This document shows, piece after piece, positions 1 through 10,671 of a DNA stretch of 52,217 nucleotides (positions are counted from its first letter, which is position 1; each line of letters begins with the position of its first letter). Source of the DNA: a virus. Its lineage: Duplodnaviria; Caudoviricetes. Where the stretch lies: IMG/VR virus record IMGVR_UViG_3300045284_000036, positions 1 to 52,217 of that record. One strand, 5' to 3'. The notes under the pieces were generated by a model that did not search any database, was not told the origin of the DNA, and saw nothing but the letters and a program-made list of their open reading frames with translations. A program made the translations under genes and the position numbers.

Positions 1-596
<596 letters not shown>

Positions 597-600
<4 letters not shown>

Positions 601-2165
601 ACTATCCTTGGACTGTTCCAACATTTCCATGGCTTAGAGACAGGCGCGACGAGATTGCTGCCAAGTTGAAAGATTTTGACTGGTACCGCGAAAAATATCT
701 ATGCATTCGTCCGCGCGAAGGTGGCAATCGAAAACTTTTTCGTATCAACGCACCGCAGACAGTTCTGAACCGCAGGCTGTCTACTGAACTCAAACAATTT
801 GGAAACGTCCGTGCTCTGGTTCCTAAAGCGCGTCGTATGGGTGTTAGTACCTATATTAGCGGTCGCTTCTTTCATCGTACCGCTACCCAACGAGGTACGC
901 GTGCTCATGTGGTCGCTCATCGCAACGACAGCGCCACTAACATTCACCGCGAAGTAAAAGAGTTCTACGCCAATTTACCTGAACCGTTGCGACCGTCGCT
1001 AGGCGCGTCCAATGCTCGCGAACTGATCTTTGACAAGCTGCAATCAACTTACAAAGTGTCATCTGCTGAAGGTGGTGATATCGGGCGGTCTGACGATACA
1101 CATCTGTTGCATATGTCAGAAGCGGCCTTCTTCGATAACAGCGAAGACTTGTCATCAGGTTTAATGAAAACTGTGCTGGATATCCCCGGCACTGAAATCA
1201 TTGTTGAGAGTACCGGCAACGGTGCGAGCGGTATGTTCTTTGATATGTGCGAGCAAGCGTACCGTGACGGTAACAGAGGCTTGTGGCGACTTCATTTTCT
1301 GGCGTGGCATCTCATGCCGGAATACATTCATGAAGCGCCATCAGACTGGACCCCGCCGAAGGAATTTGCCGACTACGGCAAGATGCACGGTCTGTCAGCA
1401 GCACAGGTTTATTGGTACTGGCGCGAGAATTATACGCTCGCTGTCATGAACGGTGGTCAACCGGATGCCATACACAGACTGACGAGACAGGAATTTCCAG
1501 CGACTTATGCCGAATGCTTCATGACTGATAGCACGCTGGACTTCTTTCCAGCGTCGTTGGTACAGGAAGCAATGCTATCAAAAATCGAACCAACAGTAGG
1601 TACTCTGAAGATTATTTCGGTTGATCCGGCTGGCGACGGTAGTGATGATCCGTGGGTATGTGACCGTCAAGGCTGTGTCATTGGCAAGCGCATTTGGGGC
1701 GCTATCAAATCGAAAGATCAAAATGTTCAGGCTGATTGGCTGGTTGCTGCTTTTCGTCGTTTTACCATGGATGTTATTATTATCGATAGTGGTGGGCTTG
1801 GCAAAGGTCTGGTGGATGCTTGTCGCTTACGCATGCGAAACCAAGCTGACAGAATTATTGCCATCAACTTCGGAAGTGGGGCAAACAACAACACCCAATT
1901 CGGTAATAAGCGCGCGGAGCTTCATTTCAAATTTCAAATGTGGCTTCAAGGTCAAGTGAACATGCCAAACGACAAGCTGCTGCAAGAGGAATGCGCGTCT
2001 TATAAATGGGGTTCTGGCGGGTGTCGCCGCGACGAGTTCTCGCGGCTATTCATGACACCAAAAGAAAAGATCAGATCGGATATCGGACGGTCGCCTGACC
2101 GGCTTGATGCCATGGTCAACAGCTTCGGTATCAATGACTACGCGTTGCAGCCTAGTAAGGTCTGA
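597..2165 (+). CDS. terL: Terminase large subunit
   Basis: Walker [10 protein letters not shown], Walker B LHMSEAAF, coupling motif ESTGNG, nuclease motifs VDPAGDGSD and SPDRLDA; 522 aa. Confidence 0.93.
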
Positions 2166-2340
2166 TTGTAACTTTGCCCTTTTTCGGCGGACTGTCGATA
2201 TCAAGCATGTCGGCTTTTACTTCATGCAAGCGGCTTTTGACGCGGTGCTTGTCCGCTAACTTTCTGTGGTCATCGCTGGTCATGCTCTTGGGCTTGGGTT
2301 TAATGGTGGCTGCTTTTTTCTTCATACTTTTATTCTCCAT
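2152..2340 (-). CDS. Small basic hypothetical protein
   Basis: 62-aa Lys-rich ORF at the end of the minus-strand head operon, converging on terL. Confidence 0.5.
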   Translation of the reverse strand: MENKSMKKKAATIKPKPKSMTSDDHRKLADKHRVKSRLHEVKADMLDIDSPPKKGKVTIRPY

Positions 2341-2885
2341 CCTGCACCAGAAAATTGTCCCTTGGTAGTTCCGGCATTGATGACAGCTTCTGTGTCTGCG
2401 TACTTGGAATTGAACTGTTTATTGCGCGGGTCCATGCTCTGATACATATCGTGCAGGATCTGGCGATTACGCTTCGCGACTAGTTCGCCAATACGCTTGG
2501 ACCGCGCCATCAAAATTGGCTTGGTAATCTTGCCGCTCTTGTCAGTGCCGGAAACCTTGCCTTCAAACAGCTTGACCATTTCCTGATCGTCAACGACTTG
2601 CCAGCCCTTGCGCATGGCTTCGGCCATCTCCTGCGGCACGTCGTTGATGATGTGAAATTCGTAGTCAGAGTATCTTTCACGGTCTGGGATGTAGAGCGGC
2701 AACGGGCGGTCGAGTGTCAGTCTGCTGATAATGTCATCAACATTTTGCGGTTCTTTGAAGGGTGATAGCGATGCCATGGCGTTCCCCGCTTCAGGAGCTT
2801 CCGGTATGTCGGGCGGCGGATTTGGAATAAGGTTTTCAGGAACGCCAGTAGGAACAAATGGACTGAATTGGGTTTTGGGGGCCAT
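2322..2885 (-). CDS. Head-module hypothetical protein (probable start MAPKTQF)
   Basis: AGGA upstream of ATG 2885; YEFHIIND...KGWQVV pattern resembles genes found between scaffold and capsid in such phages. Confidence 0.7.
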   Translation of the reverse strand: MAPKTQFSPFVPTGVPENLIPNPPPDIPEAPEAGNAMASLSPFKEPQNVDDIISRLTLDRPLPLYIPDRERYSDYEFHIINDVPQEMAEAMRKGWQVVDDQEMVKLFEGKVSGTDKSGKITKPILMARSKRIGELVAKRNRQILHDMYQSMDPRNKQFNSKYADTEAVINAGTTKGQFSGAGWRIKV

Positions 2886-2944
2886 ATCAACAGTTCCTAC
2901 ATATGTTTGGTTTGAATGGTTCTGCCGGTGGCAGCGGTGGTTCG

Positions 2945-3172
2945 TCAGAAGTGAAAGGGACCGGGCACTTTTACCCCTGCTGTTCCCAGCAATGCCAGAA
3001 TTACCCACAGTACGACCAACACAACGATGACGGTCATTAGCACACGAATGATGGTTCTGAACGGTTCACCAAGCGGGATAAGCGGTAAAAGCTGTTGGAC
3101 CGCCCACCATACCACACCCAAGATCAGGCATACGATAATGATGCTTATGAGCGTTCCAATGATGCCACTCAT
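2945..3172 (-). CDS. Small two-TM membrane protein
   Basis: Two long hydrophobic segments separated by PLIPLGEPFR; ATGA overlap with the upstream gene. Confidence 0.75.
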   Translation of the reverse strand: MSGIIGTLISIIIVCLILGVVWWAVQQLLPLIPLGEPFRTIIRVLMTVIVVLVVLWVILALLGTAGVKVPGPFHF

Positions 3173-3789
3173 TTTTTGTTCCTCTGAGCCGCAGCATAAG
3201 CTGTGCCAAGCGCAGTTGCGATGTACTTGTCTTTTTGTTCTTTAGTGGCGTTGCGAGTAAACTTTTCAGCTGCGCTCTTGATCTGATCGGAAATTTCTTT
3301 CGGCGCATCAGCCAACTTAATCCAAGGGCCAGAAGTGCGACGGGAAGATGTACGGTTACCTTCAGTAGATGGCGCGTCGGTCTTTCTGCGTTCTGTCTTT
3401 CTCTCTTCCTTTTCTTCTTTTTCTTCTTTTTCTTCATCTGGTCTGTCACCAGCTTCAAATTCGTCTTCAACAGCTTCGATAACGGCTTCCGCAAAGTCCT
3501 CCGCGCTCTTGAAGCTTTCCGGCTCCATGTTCTTGCCAAACTCAACTGCCTTGGCACTGCGGCGCGGATCTACGCCAAACCAAGACGCCTTCGCTTTGAT
3601 GGCTGCGCGAATGTCAGTATTGGTAAATTGCACGGGGGCCGATTTGATGGTCTTCAAAGCGAAGTCCTGAAGCCTCTGGGTAGCTTCTCTGGCAGCTTTG
3701 ATATCACCAGCTTGTACAGCGCTGTCCAATGCATGCGTTAAATTAGCATGCACTTGATTACGCAACATCACTTCCAGATCATCCGCCAT
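3169..3789 (-). CDS. Putative scaffolding protein
   Basis: Helical, highly charged 206-aa protein with an acidic tract, downstream of portal and the GroES-like gene. Confidence 0.55.
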   Translation of the reverse strand: MADDLEVMLRNQVHANLTHALDSAVQAGDIKAAREATQRLQDFALKTIKSAPVQFTNTDIRAAIKAKASWFGVDPRRSAKAVEFGKNMEPESFKSAEDFAEAVIEAVEDEFEAGDRPDEEKEEKEEKEERKTERRKTDAPSTEGNRTSSRRTSGPWIKLADAPKEISDQIKSAAEKFTRNATKEQKDKYIATALGTAYAAAQRNKK

Positions 3790-4282
3790 TTTGACCGTCC
3801 CTGCTATAAACTACGCGTTCGCGAACCCCGGCATCAGGTCCAAGAGGTAAGTCGCCTTGCGCCGCTACCATGCCGAGTTTTTCGTCATCGCCTTCTTCCC
3901 ACTCTAACGTATCAGGCGCAGGCATGTCAGATGCCGAAATAATCCCGATAACGTCATTGAAAGAAGAGATATATCGCCATCCACCAGTCACAACAATGCC
4001 CTTGGATGCCTGAAACATCGTGCCAGCGCCCCAGCGAATGAGCACCCAGTCACCAAGGTTTGCTGTTTGTCGCGACAGTCCCTGACCGTCTTTGTACTGG
4101 AAGGCAAGCGGTCCCATAGCGCGAATGATGCCAGACTGTACGCCATGCTGACCTAAGTCACGCCAGATATCCGGCGTGATGACGCTGCCTATTCTTCGTG
4201 GCGGCAGCGGCAGCTGGATTGCGATGATATCGCGTGCAGGCTGAACTTTATCGTGTGGAATTTCGAAACCATAAATGCTCAT
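3779..4282 (-). CDS. GroES/Cpn10-like co-chaperonin
   Basis: QPARDIIAIQ...GSVITPD...GIIRAMGPLA...GDWVL matches the GroES pattern. Confidence 0.7.
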   Translation of the reverse strand: MSIYGFEIPHDKVQPARDIIAIQLPLPPRRIGSVITPDIWRDLGQHGVQSGIIRAMGPLAFQYKDGQGLSRQTANLGDWVLIRWGAGTMFQASKGIVVTGGWRYISSFNDVIGIISASDMPAPDTLEWEEGDDEKLGMVAAQGDLPLGPDAGVRERVVYSRDGQNGG

Positions 4283-4512
4283 TTTTGTTCCTTATATAGC
4301 ACTTCCATTAGTTGGTCCGGGGGGAGGTCCCATAGGTGGAGTAATTGGTGATAAGTCACCGCCTGCCCCTGCCTGATCGGGTCCACCGGGCGGTTCGAGA
4401 GGAATTCCGCCAATATCTGGTCGAGGCGGCGGCGCAGGAGTGTTTGCAATTGGTGACTGACCGGGTGCCCCAGCCACTCCCGTATCTGATGTTCCGCTAC
4501 TGGCCGTATCAC
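4279..4512 (-). CDS. Hypothetical protein overlapping the portal 3' end
   Basis: 77-aa amphipathic ORF (EWLGHPVS); ATGA-coupled to the GroES-like gene; GGAG upstream. Confidence 0.6.
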   Translation of the reverse strand: MIRPVAEHQIREWLGHPVSHQLQTLLRRRLDQILAEFLSNRPVDPIRQGQAVTYHQLLHLWDLPPDQLMEVLYKEQK

Positions 4513-6286
4513 GGGCTAATTGCTCCATTGTTTTTTCAAGCTGTGCGACTTGTATTCGCATCATATCGATGTTGCCGGGAGCTTGTGCCGCTTCGGCCAG
4601 TGCCTTGACGGCAGATGCCAATTGGAAAGCCGACTGAGCATTTGCCTTGATACGGTTGGTCTTTTCTTTTTCTACCGCCATCATGATATCGATCTTCTCT
4701 ACCGGCGTAGGTTCTGGCTTCGGCGGCGGCGGTGCGATTAGTTTTTCCGGGTTGGGGAAACGCATGGTCTGCGCGTATCGCAGCGCGACTTCATGCGGGT
4801 TGAACACCATGGGAAATTGCAGCATGTCATGGTAAGCTTGCGCTACTGCGGCACGATGCATTTCCGTTGCCATAGTCGGATCAGCCGTAACTTCAATCGG
4901 GATTTTACCGTCGATGTTTTCCGGCAAGTGATCCAGAGCATCTGCCATAGCGGCGAAAGATCGCATTTCTTCAGTAATGCTGCCGACAATCCGGCGATGG
5001 ACCGCGCTGTGTTGCTGCGCGCCGTTGTCAATGATGCCTTTCGCTAGAGTGGCGGTCATGCTGGCTGGCGCGTTTTCCAGCAAGTTCAGGGTACCAGCCA
5101 AACGGTCACCCAAGGTCATGACCTTTTCGAGTGTCTGAAACATTCCCGGCGTGACTTGCTTAGTGGGGAAGAACGAAACAACATCGTTGATGGCGCGACC
5201 GTCTGTATTGAGAGTAGTCAGGCGGTTGCCTTTCAGTTCGATCTTGTCAGGCAGCCCAATGCCACTAATGGCAACAATGCCGCCTGTCTCACTTGAAGAC
5301 TTGGCAGTGTCATCAATGGCAGCTAGCAGGCGGTCTGCGGTGTGTTCTGTTTTTCCCAATAGCCAGCCAAAGCCGCGTGGAAAGAATGATCCGTTTGTGT
5401 TGGGGATCATCTTGTAGGCGTAGTAGCGGCGGGGTGGACGGAACAGCAGTAGTTCTTTTGTGTCAGTGACAGTCTTTCTGGACCAACGCGGAACAGCTTT
5501 AACGAGGCACGGTCTGTCTTCAAGATTTACTGTAAACGTCCACGGCTCGTCATAGCCGTCACCATCCATATCAATCCACATATCGGTTTCGTAAAACGAA
5601 TGTGGCTCTTGTGGATCAACATCATCAAAGTTTGGATCGTAATCAACCCAGTGACCCATTTCGATTGAGCGTTGAATTTCGTAGGGGTACTTGTCTATTT
5701 TGTGAGTAATACGCGGTACACGATCTAGCGTCTTTGCAGTTTCATTTATGATGACTTCATTGACGTTCAGGAATGTACTTCGAAACTGTCCGTCATGTTC
5801 ATCAAACCAGCGTTTGCGCCAAGCCAGACCGGTCACGGCCATGTGCAGGATTAGCGGGTCTGTATCGATTACCCAATCTGGATCTACTGTGCGAAGTTGC
5901 GAACACATCCATGAGGCCAGAGGTTCGCCACCGGGTTCAGACGCTTTCACCAAGTCGGGTTCTGAAAGAAGTGATCCGGTAATGCGGGCTGTGGCTTGAA
6001 TGACCGACGATAGCGTTAGGCATGTGGAAGGTACGCCGCTGTCTTCGCCGCTGCCTTGTTGCTCCATATTCTGGGGCATTGAGCGGTTATCGTCTTTGTC
6101 AATTTCGTCAAGATAACCGTTGGCCTTTCCAAGCCATTCCGCCATCGACCGTTCATCGATTTTTACGAGTTCAATAACGTGGTCAGCAATCTGCAAGCGG
6201 TCGCTCTCGTTAAGCCGTTCTGCGACGTTTCCGATTTTCTCGGGTGCCTTCAGATCGAGCTTCAACTCGGGGCTTTGAAATTGCAT
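4292..6286 (-). CDS. Portal protein
   Basis: 664 aa; DMDGDGYDEPW, GSFFPRGFG..L and TATLAKGII..G segments typical of podovirus-type portals; GAGG before ATG. Confidence 0.82.
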   Translation of the reverse strand: MQFQSPELKLDLKAPEKIGNVAERLNESDRLQIADHVIELVKIDERSMAEWLGKANGYLDEIDKDDNRSMPQNMEQQGSGEDSGVPSTCLTLSSVIQATARITGSLLSEPDLVKASEPGGEPLASWMCSQLRTVDPDWVIDTDPLILHMAVTGLAWRKRWFDEHDGQFRSTFLNVNEVIINETAKTLDRVPRITHKIDKYPYEIQRSIEMGHWVDYDPNFDDVDPQEPHSFYETDMWIDMDGDGYDEPWTFTVNLEDRPCLVKAVPRWSRKTVTDTKELLLFRPPRRYYAYKMIPNTNGSFFPRGFGWLLGKTEHTADRLLAAIDDTAKSSSETGGIVAISGIGLPDKIELKGNRLTTLNTDGRAINDVVSFFPTKQVTPGMFQTLEKVMTLGDRLAGTLNLLENAPASMTATLAKGIIDNGAQQHSAVHRRIVGSITEEMRSFAAMADALDHLPENIDGKIPIEVTADPTMATEMHRAAVAQAYHDMLQFPMVFNPHEVALRYAQTMRFPNPEKLIAPPPPKPEPTPVEKIDIMMAVEKEKTNRIKANAQSAFQLASAVKALAEAAQAPGNIDMMRIQVAQLEKTMEQLARDTASSGTSDTGVAGAPGQSPIANTPAPPPRPDIGGIPLEPPGGPDQAGAGGDLSPITPPMGPPPGPTNGSAI

Positions 6287-6303
6287 CTGATGATCCTCGG
6301 TCG

Positions 6304-6317
6304 AGTGTATACAATGT
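6304..6317. promoter_or_regulatory. AGTGTATACAATGT motif in the portal/capsid divergent intergenic region
   Basis: Identical 14-mer at 10801-10814; GTGTATAC core recurs at 28461, 29297 and 37878. Confidence 0.65.
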
Positions 6318-6412
6318 CAAGTACTATTTTACAAGATGCCACTAAATATGGTAGGGGTACCTCGCATGCCCGTCTGGGCTGGTCATTTGCATCAAAGCAA
6401 TAGGAGGCTCCC

Positions 6413-7339
6413 ATTCAGGTCATCGATAGAAGTTTACAGCCGTCCCAGTACTGGCCCGGACTTCATGCGTTGTTTGGTATGGATTACGACAGACTGGCTC
6501 CAATCTATACCAGTTTCTTTGACAGCAAGCCGTCAGAGAAAGCATTTGAAGAGTTCATGACTGAACGCGCCGGTCTCGGTCTCGCTGTTCAGCAGCCTGA
6601 ACTTGAACCAGTTCAGTTTGATTTCCCGAATGAAGGGTATCGCACACAGGTCACCCACGCTAGCTACGGTCTTGGCGTTGCAATTTCCCGCGAAGCAAAA
6701 GATGACAATCTCTACGAGGATGTTGCCTCACGCATGATGAAAGAACTGGCGTTCTCCGCGCGCCAGACCGAAGAGTACATCGCACATGCGCCCCTCCAAG
6801 TGGCTGTTGATCCTGTCAATGGTATACGTGCTGACGGCGTCCCTCTTGCTTCTGCATCTCATCCTACCGCTGCTGGGCTACAATCCAATCTTCTAGTATC
6901 AGCCAACGTTTCTGAACTGGCTTTCGAAAACGCTGTGATCCAGATTGGCTACGCTCGCAACGGTCGCGGCTTCATCATCAACGTACTGCCCAAGTGCGTT
7001 ATTCTCTCCCCGGAGAGTGGGCCGGAAACCCGCCGCATCCTTGGCTCACCTTTGCAATGGAATGCGTCTACCAACAACATTAACGTTCTGCGGGCGACCG
7101 GTGCCTTGCCGGAAGTAATCGAGACCCCGTATCTGGTTTCGAAGGATGACTATTTCATCCAAACCAGCATCCAGAATTTGGATAACGGTGAAGGCTTTAC
7201 GTTCTGGGAACGCTCTGGTCTTGAAACGCGCGAAGACAGCAACTGGTCCAATCAGGCAGCACTGATTGCGATCTGGTTCCGCTGTTCAGCGTCGATCATC
7301 GATTGGCGTTCCGTCTTTATGTCACCGGGTGCGACTTAG
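6413..7339 (+). CDS. Major capsid protein (probable ATT start; ORF track start 6470)
   Basis: WPGLHALFG N-terminus, YGLGVAISREAKDDNLY, DGVPLASASHP and C-terminal DWRSVFMSPGA are typical of gpT-like/HK97-fold capsids; AGGAGG at 6402-6407. Confidence 0.88.
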   Translation: MQVIDRSLQPSQYWPGLHALFGMDYDRLAPIYTSFFDSKPSEKAFEEFMTERAGLGLAVQQPELEPVQFDFPNEGYRTQVTHASYGLGVAISREAKDDNLYEDVASRMMKELAFSARQTEEYIAHAPLQVAVDPVNGIRADGVPLASASHPTAAGLQSNLLVSANVSELAFENAVIQIGYARNGRGFIINVLPKCVILSPESGPETRRILGSPLQWNASTNNINVLRATGALPEVIETPYLVSKDDYFIQTSIQNLDNGEGFTFWERSGLETREDSNWSNQAALIAIWFRCSASIIDWRSVFMSPGAT

Positions 7340-7897
7340 TTGCATAATGAACGACCAAAGTTTCCAAGGTTTGAAACATGGGGTGCCTGTTCACGTTGTG
7401 GTGCACGGGTACGCTATAGTACGCTTGCTCGCGAGCGACTGACCGGTCTACTCGTTTGTTCCCCCGCGAGCGGTAGACCGGTTAAGCCGTGTCTGGACCC
7501 TTGGCCTCAAGTTTATGACTTTCAAGTTTTTCCAGACAATTCTACAGATCCACCCCCAGAGCCTCTACCGGCACGCTGGGGGCTTGATGATATCTTTTCG
7601 ATAGAGAAGGGCATGAAGCCACACGTAGACGACGCAGCGCGTTTACAAAGTTACATGACCCCGCCACCGAATACGTATTCAACTGGCACTGCGGATTTCG
7701 TCAGCTATCAAAGAATGCTTAATCAAAATCAAGACCGCGCTTCGGTACAGTATGTACACCCGGCTAATTATGACGGAACATTCGTACCCAGCAATTCAGT
7801 AAGGACGGTCACGCCACCTGACGCGAACAAACAACTTGATATTCTGGAAGCTGATAGTGGTTGGTATCCTCCGTGGGCAGTTAAAAAAGGTGTGTGA
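7340..7897 (+). CDS. Cys-motif head/tail-module protein
   Basis: CSRCG...GLLVC...PCLDP; TTG start directly after the capsid TAG, same frame. Confidence 0.7.
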   Translation: MHNERPKFPRFETWGACSRCGARVRYSTLARERLTGLLVCSPASGRPVKPCLDPWPQVYDFQVFPDNSTDPPPEPLPARWGLDDIFSIEKGMKPHVDDAARLQSYMTPPPNTYSTGTADFVSYQRMLNQNQDRASVQYVHPANYDGTFVPSNSVRTVTPPDANKQLDILEADSGWYPPWAVKKGV

Positions 7898-8571
7898 TGA
7901 CAACCGCTGCCGACGTTATCACGAATGCGATGCATCTCTATGGCATCATTGACCAGACAGAACAGCCAACGCCTGCTGAATTGTCTAATACCCTAACGGT
8001 ATTGAATGACATGCTTCGCAGCGAGCATGTAGATGGCGCAGCACAATATCTGATGAAACGCACAACCGCAGTTTTACCAGCGGGTAACGTCGGTTCAATT
8101 TATACATTCACAGTCGGTCCCGGTGCGGAAGTCCCGGTTGACGCAGTAGCTATCAAAGCTATCTGGTGCAATGACATTAGCCCCACTGTTAACCGCGAAA
8201 CGCGACAGGCTCCCATTGCCGATGTAGTGCGTACAACTTTCCCCGGCATCATTACCAAGTGGCACCAAGAACGTCAGATAAATGGTTCTGTTTTAGTGAC
8301 CGCATGGCAACCGCCGCGTATTTCCACTACGTGCCTGATCGAGTATGGCGGTCGCATAAGCGCGCTGACTGCTGATGACGGATCAGACACTATAGGTCTT
8401 CCACCGGAAGGCATTCACGATGTTACGTTGATGCTGGGCAGACGTATTCACGGTACTTATGGACGAAACCCGCAAGCGATTGCCGCGATACTTTCTGACA
8501 GTGAAGCAGTGAACCGTCGTTGGAAAGACTGGGCGCGCGGTCAGCAATGGCTAAGGCTTGTGAGAAGCTGA
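7894..8571 (+). CDS. Head-to-tail adaptor (P22 gp4-like)
   Basis: N-terminus TAADVITNAMHLYGI...LTVLNDML; lies before the tail hub gene. Confidence 0.65.
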   Translation: MMTTAADVITNAMHLYGIIDQTEQPTPAELSNTLTVLNDMLRSEHVDGAAQYLMKRTTAVLPAGNVGSIYTFTVGPGAEVPVDAVAIKAIWCNDISPTVNRETRQAPIADVVRTTFPGIITKWHQERQINGSVLVTAWQPPRISTTCLIEYGGRISALTADDGSDTIGLPPEGIHDVTLMLGRRIHGTYGRNPQAIAAILSDSEAVNRRWKDWARGQQWLRLVRS

Positions 8572-10011
8572 ATGGGCGCACTCAACATAATCAGTTCTTT
8601 TGCTGACCCTCTTAATCAGGATCAGGGTTCAGCCAAGCTTGTCAATTGCCGGGCTGTTGTACGCAGGCAGGAAGAACAAAAACTGTCAGGAATTCGTCTT
8701 GTTGGTTCTCCCGGTTTAAGCAAAGTCTGTAAGCCAACGACATCTTCATGCATCGTATTAAAACAGGCTCTAGGTACTGTATGGTCTGGTCATGCTGACG
8801 GTAGTATTTACAGCGGTGTTGAAACAGCTACCCCAGTTCTTAGGGGTACTGTTACAGTTGACCCTGTGTATCCGGTTATTCGTTTTGCTGAAGACCGTAC
8901 TGCACTAGCAATTGCGTCTAACGCCCCAAGTACTGCTGGTCTTGGTGGGACAGGTTACATAGCAACTATGAGTGCTGGCGTTCTTAACTGTAATTTTTTA
9001 GCTACAATCAATTTTGATCCTTCAGCTGTATGTAGCTTGGACAACTATACGATATGGGCTGCTGCGTCGAATTCCATAGGTACGCCGCCTCTCAATCAAT
9101 CTGATAAAATGTATTCGTCCAAACCCCTTGAGCCAGCTACAGTTATAGCTAATTCGTTTGCTACGGCTGAAGCCAGAGCGGACATGCTTTATGACGTAGT
9201 TACTATTGGACGCACGTTCTGGCCTTTTGGTACGCGTTCAATTGAGATGTGGTACAATCAAGGTGGCAGCGCAGATTTCGCTTTCACTTCCTTTACCAAT
9301 TCCATGCTTGAAGTAGGACTGGCGGCACGTCGCACGCTTGCCAATTTGCATGGAATAGTGATGTGGGTTGCGACAGACCGTCGTGTGTGGATGGGCAAAG
9401 GCCAGAGCGGTCAGCCGGTATCGTCTGGCTGGGTTGATTTGTTATTACAGCAAATCGATTTGCAAAAACTGACTGCGTATATGTACGCACAAGGTGGTGA
9501 TGAATTTTACGTACTTAGTATGGAAAAAGAGTGGTCCATTGAGTTAGCTATTTCCACTATGTCATGGGTTTACCGGCAAACGTATGGCCGCCCAGATCAT
9601 GCCGGTCGTTGTGCTTTGGAGCATAACAATGGCATTTGCTATGTTGGGCTGGATACCGGCGAGATATGTACAGTCAATCTGGCGACAGCTTCTGAACCAG
9701 CTGGCGTGATGCCACGATCTATCATAACGATGTGGATTGGATTGCAAGAATTACGTCATGCCATCAATCAAGTTGATATCACCAGTTACATGGGACCAGA
9801 CGCGGGGGCATTCACGCTTGATTGGTCAGAAGATCGCGCTATTACATGGCGAGGGCAGCGTACAATTACGTGGCCGGAACCGGGTGCTCGTCGCGCAGTT
9901 GCCAGAGCTATGGGTAGCTCCCGTCGCAGACAGCTAAGATTGCAGTACGGTGGTTCTAAAGCGCCATTCGAAATGGACGAATTTTTTGTTCAAGTCAGCG
10001 AAGGAAACTAA
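8572..10011 (+). CDS. Tail hub / DNA stabilisation protein (P22 gp10-like)
   Basis: 479 aa, beta-rich; FATAEARAD, FGTRSIEMW, LDWSEDRAITW and MGSSRRRQLRL motifs. Confidence 0.8.
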   Translation: MGALNIISSFADPLNQDQGSAKLVNCRAVVRRQEEQKLSGIRLVGSPGLSKVCKPTTSSCIVLKQALGTVWSGHADGSIYSGVETATPVLRGTVTVDPVYPVIRFAEDRTALAIASNAPSTAGLGGTGYIATMSAGVLNCNFLATINFDPSAVCSLDNYTIWAAASNSIGTPPLNQSDKMYSSKPLEPATVIANSFATAEARADMLYDVVTIGRTFWPFGTRSIEMWYNQGGSADFAFTSFTNSMLEVGLAARRTLANLHGIVMWVATDRRVWMGKGQSGQPVSSGWVDLLLQQIDLQKLTAYMYAQGGDEFYVLSMEKEWSIELAISTMSWVYRQTYGRPDHAGRCALEHNNGICYVGLDTGEICTVNLATASEPAGVMPRSIITMWIGLQELRHAINQVDITSYMGPDAGAFTLDWSEDRAITWRGQRTITWPEPGARRAVARAMGSSRRRQLRLQYGGSKAPFEMDEFFVQVSEGN

Positions 10012-10235
10012 TGGCTGACATTAACAAAAGATACATCCCCCCGCCACCAGCGGAGTTTGCTACGAATGATCCGGTTTTTAACCGATGGCTTCATGACGTA
10101 ACCGGTCGTTCGCAACTCTTGAACGGAACCGTCGTACCTGATCCGAAACGAGGTATCAATGGTGACTGGTACTGCAACACAACGGCAAAACATATCTACG
10201 TCAAAATAGCTAACGCGTGGGTTCTGATAGTGTAG
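10011..10235 (+). CDS. Small tail-module protein
   Basis: TAATG coupling to the hub gene; GINGDWY...IYVK...W motif seen in virion proteins. Confidence 0.65.
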   Translation: MADINKRYIPPPPAEFATNDPVFNRWLHDVTGRSQLLNGTVVPDPKRGINGDWYCNTTAKHIYVKIANAWVLIV

Positions 10236-10671
10236 CCCACGGCCAATCATACGATCTTACAATTTCCTGAAATTCTTCGTATGACCGCGCGATGTGATAT
10301 CTGAAGCCACAATGCTCCCATCGCTTTTGAAAAAGCTTTTGTGGGTCTGACTGTCTGCCGTTGTCTTCTTTCAGTTCAATGGCAATGCCGTGACCGGGGA
10401 TGAACATCAGGAAGTCGGCCACACCCGGCACCACACCCATTCGCTTCAGCTTCATTGCAACAACAACGTCGCGTGGCTCACCGCTGGGAACGTGAAAGAT
10501 CAACAGATCAGGATAGTAAGTCTTGACCCATTGCCATGCCTTCATGTGTATTTCTCGTTCAGAAGAAATTCGGTGGGAAAAGTCCTTGGGCGACTGCTTC
10601 GCGCTCTCTGGCTTTGATCCAGCTTTCGACTGCGTCTTTGACGCCTTCCGCCCGGTCTTCAATCGCGTCAT
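10210..10671 (-). CDS. VRR-NUC domain nuclease
   Basis: FHVPSG...GVVPGVADF...IELK...GRQSDPQK; PD-(D/E)XK pattern. Confidence 0.85.
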   Translation of the reverse strand: MTRLKTGRKASKTQSKAGSKPESAKQSPKDFSHRISSEREIHMKAWQWVKTYYPDLLIFHVPSGEPRDVVVAMKLKRMGVVPGVADFLMFIPGHGIAIELKEDNGRQSDPQKLFQKRWEHCGFRYHIARSYEEFQEIVRSYDWPWATLSEPTR

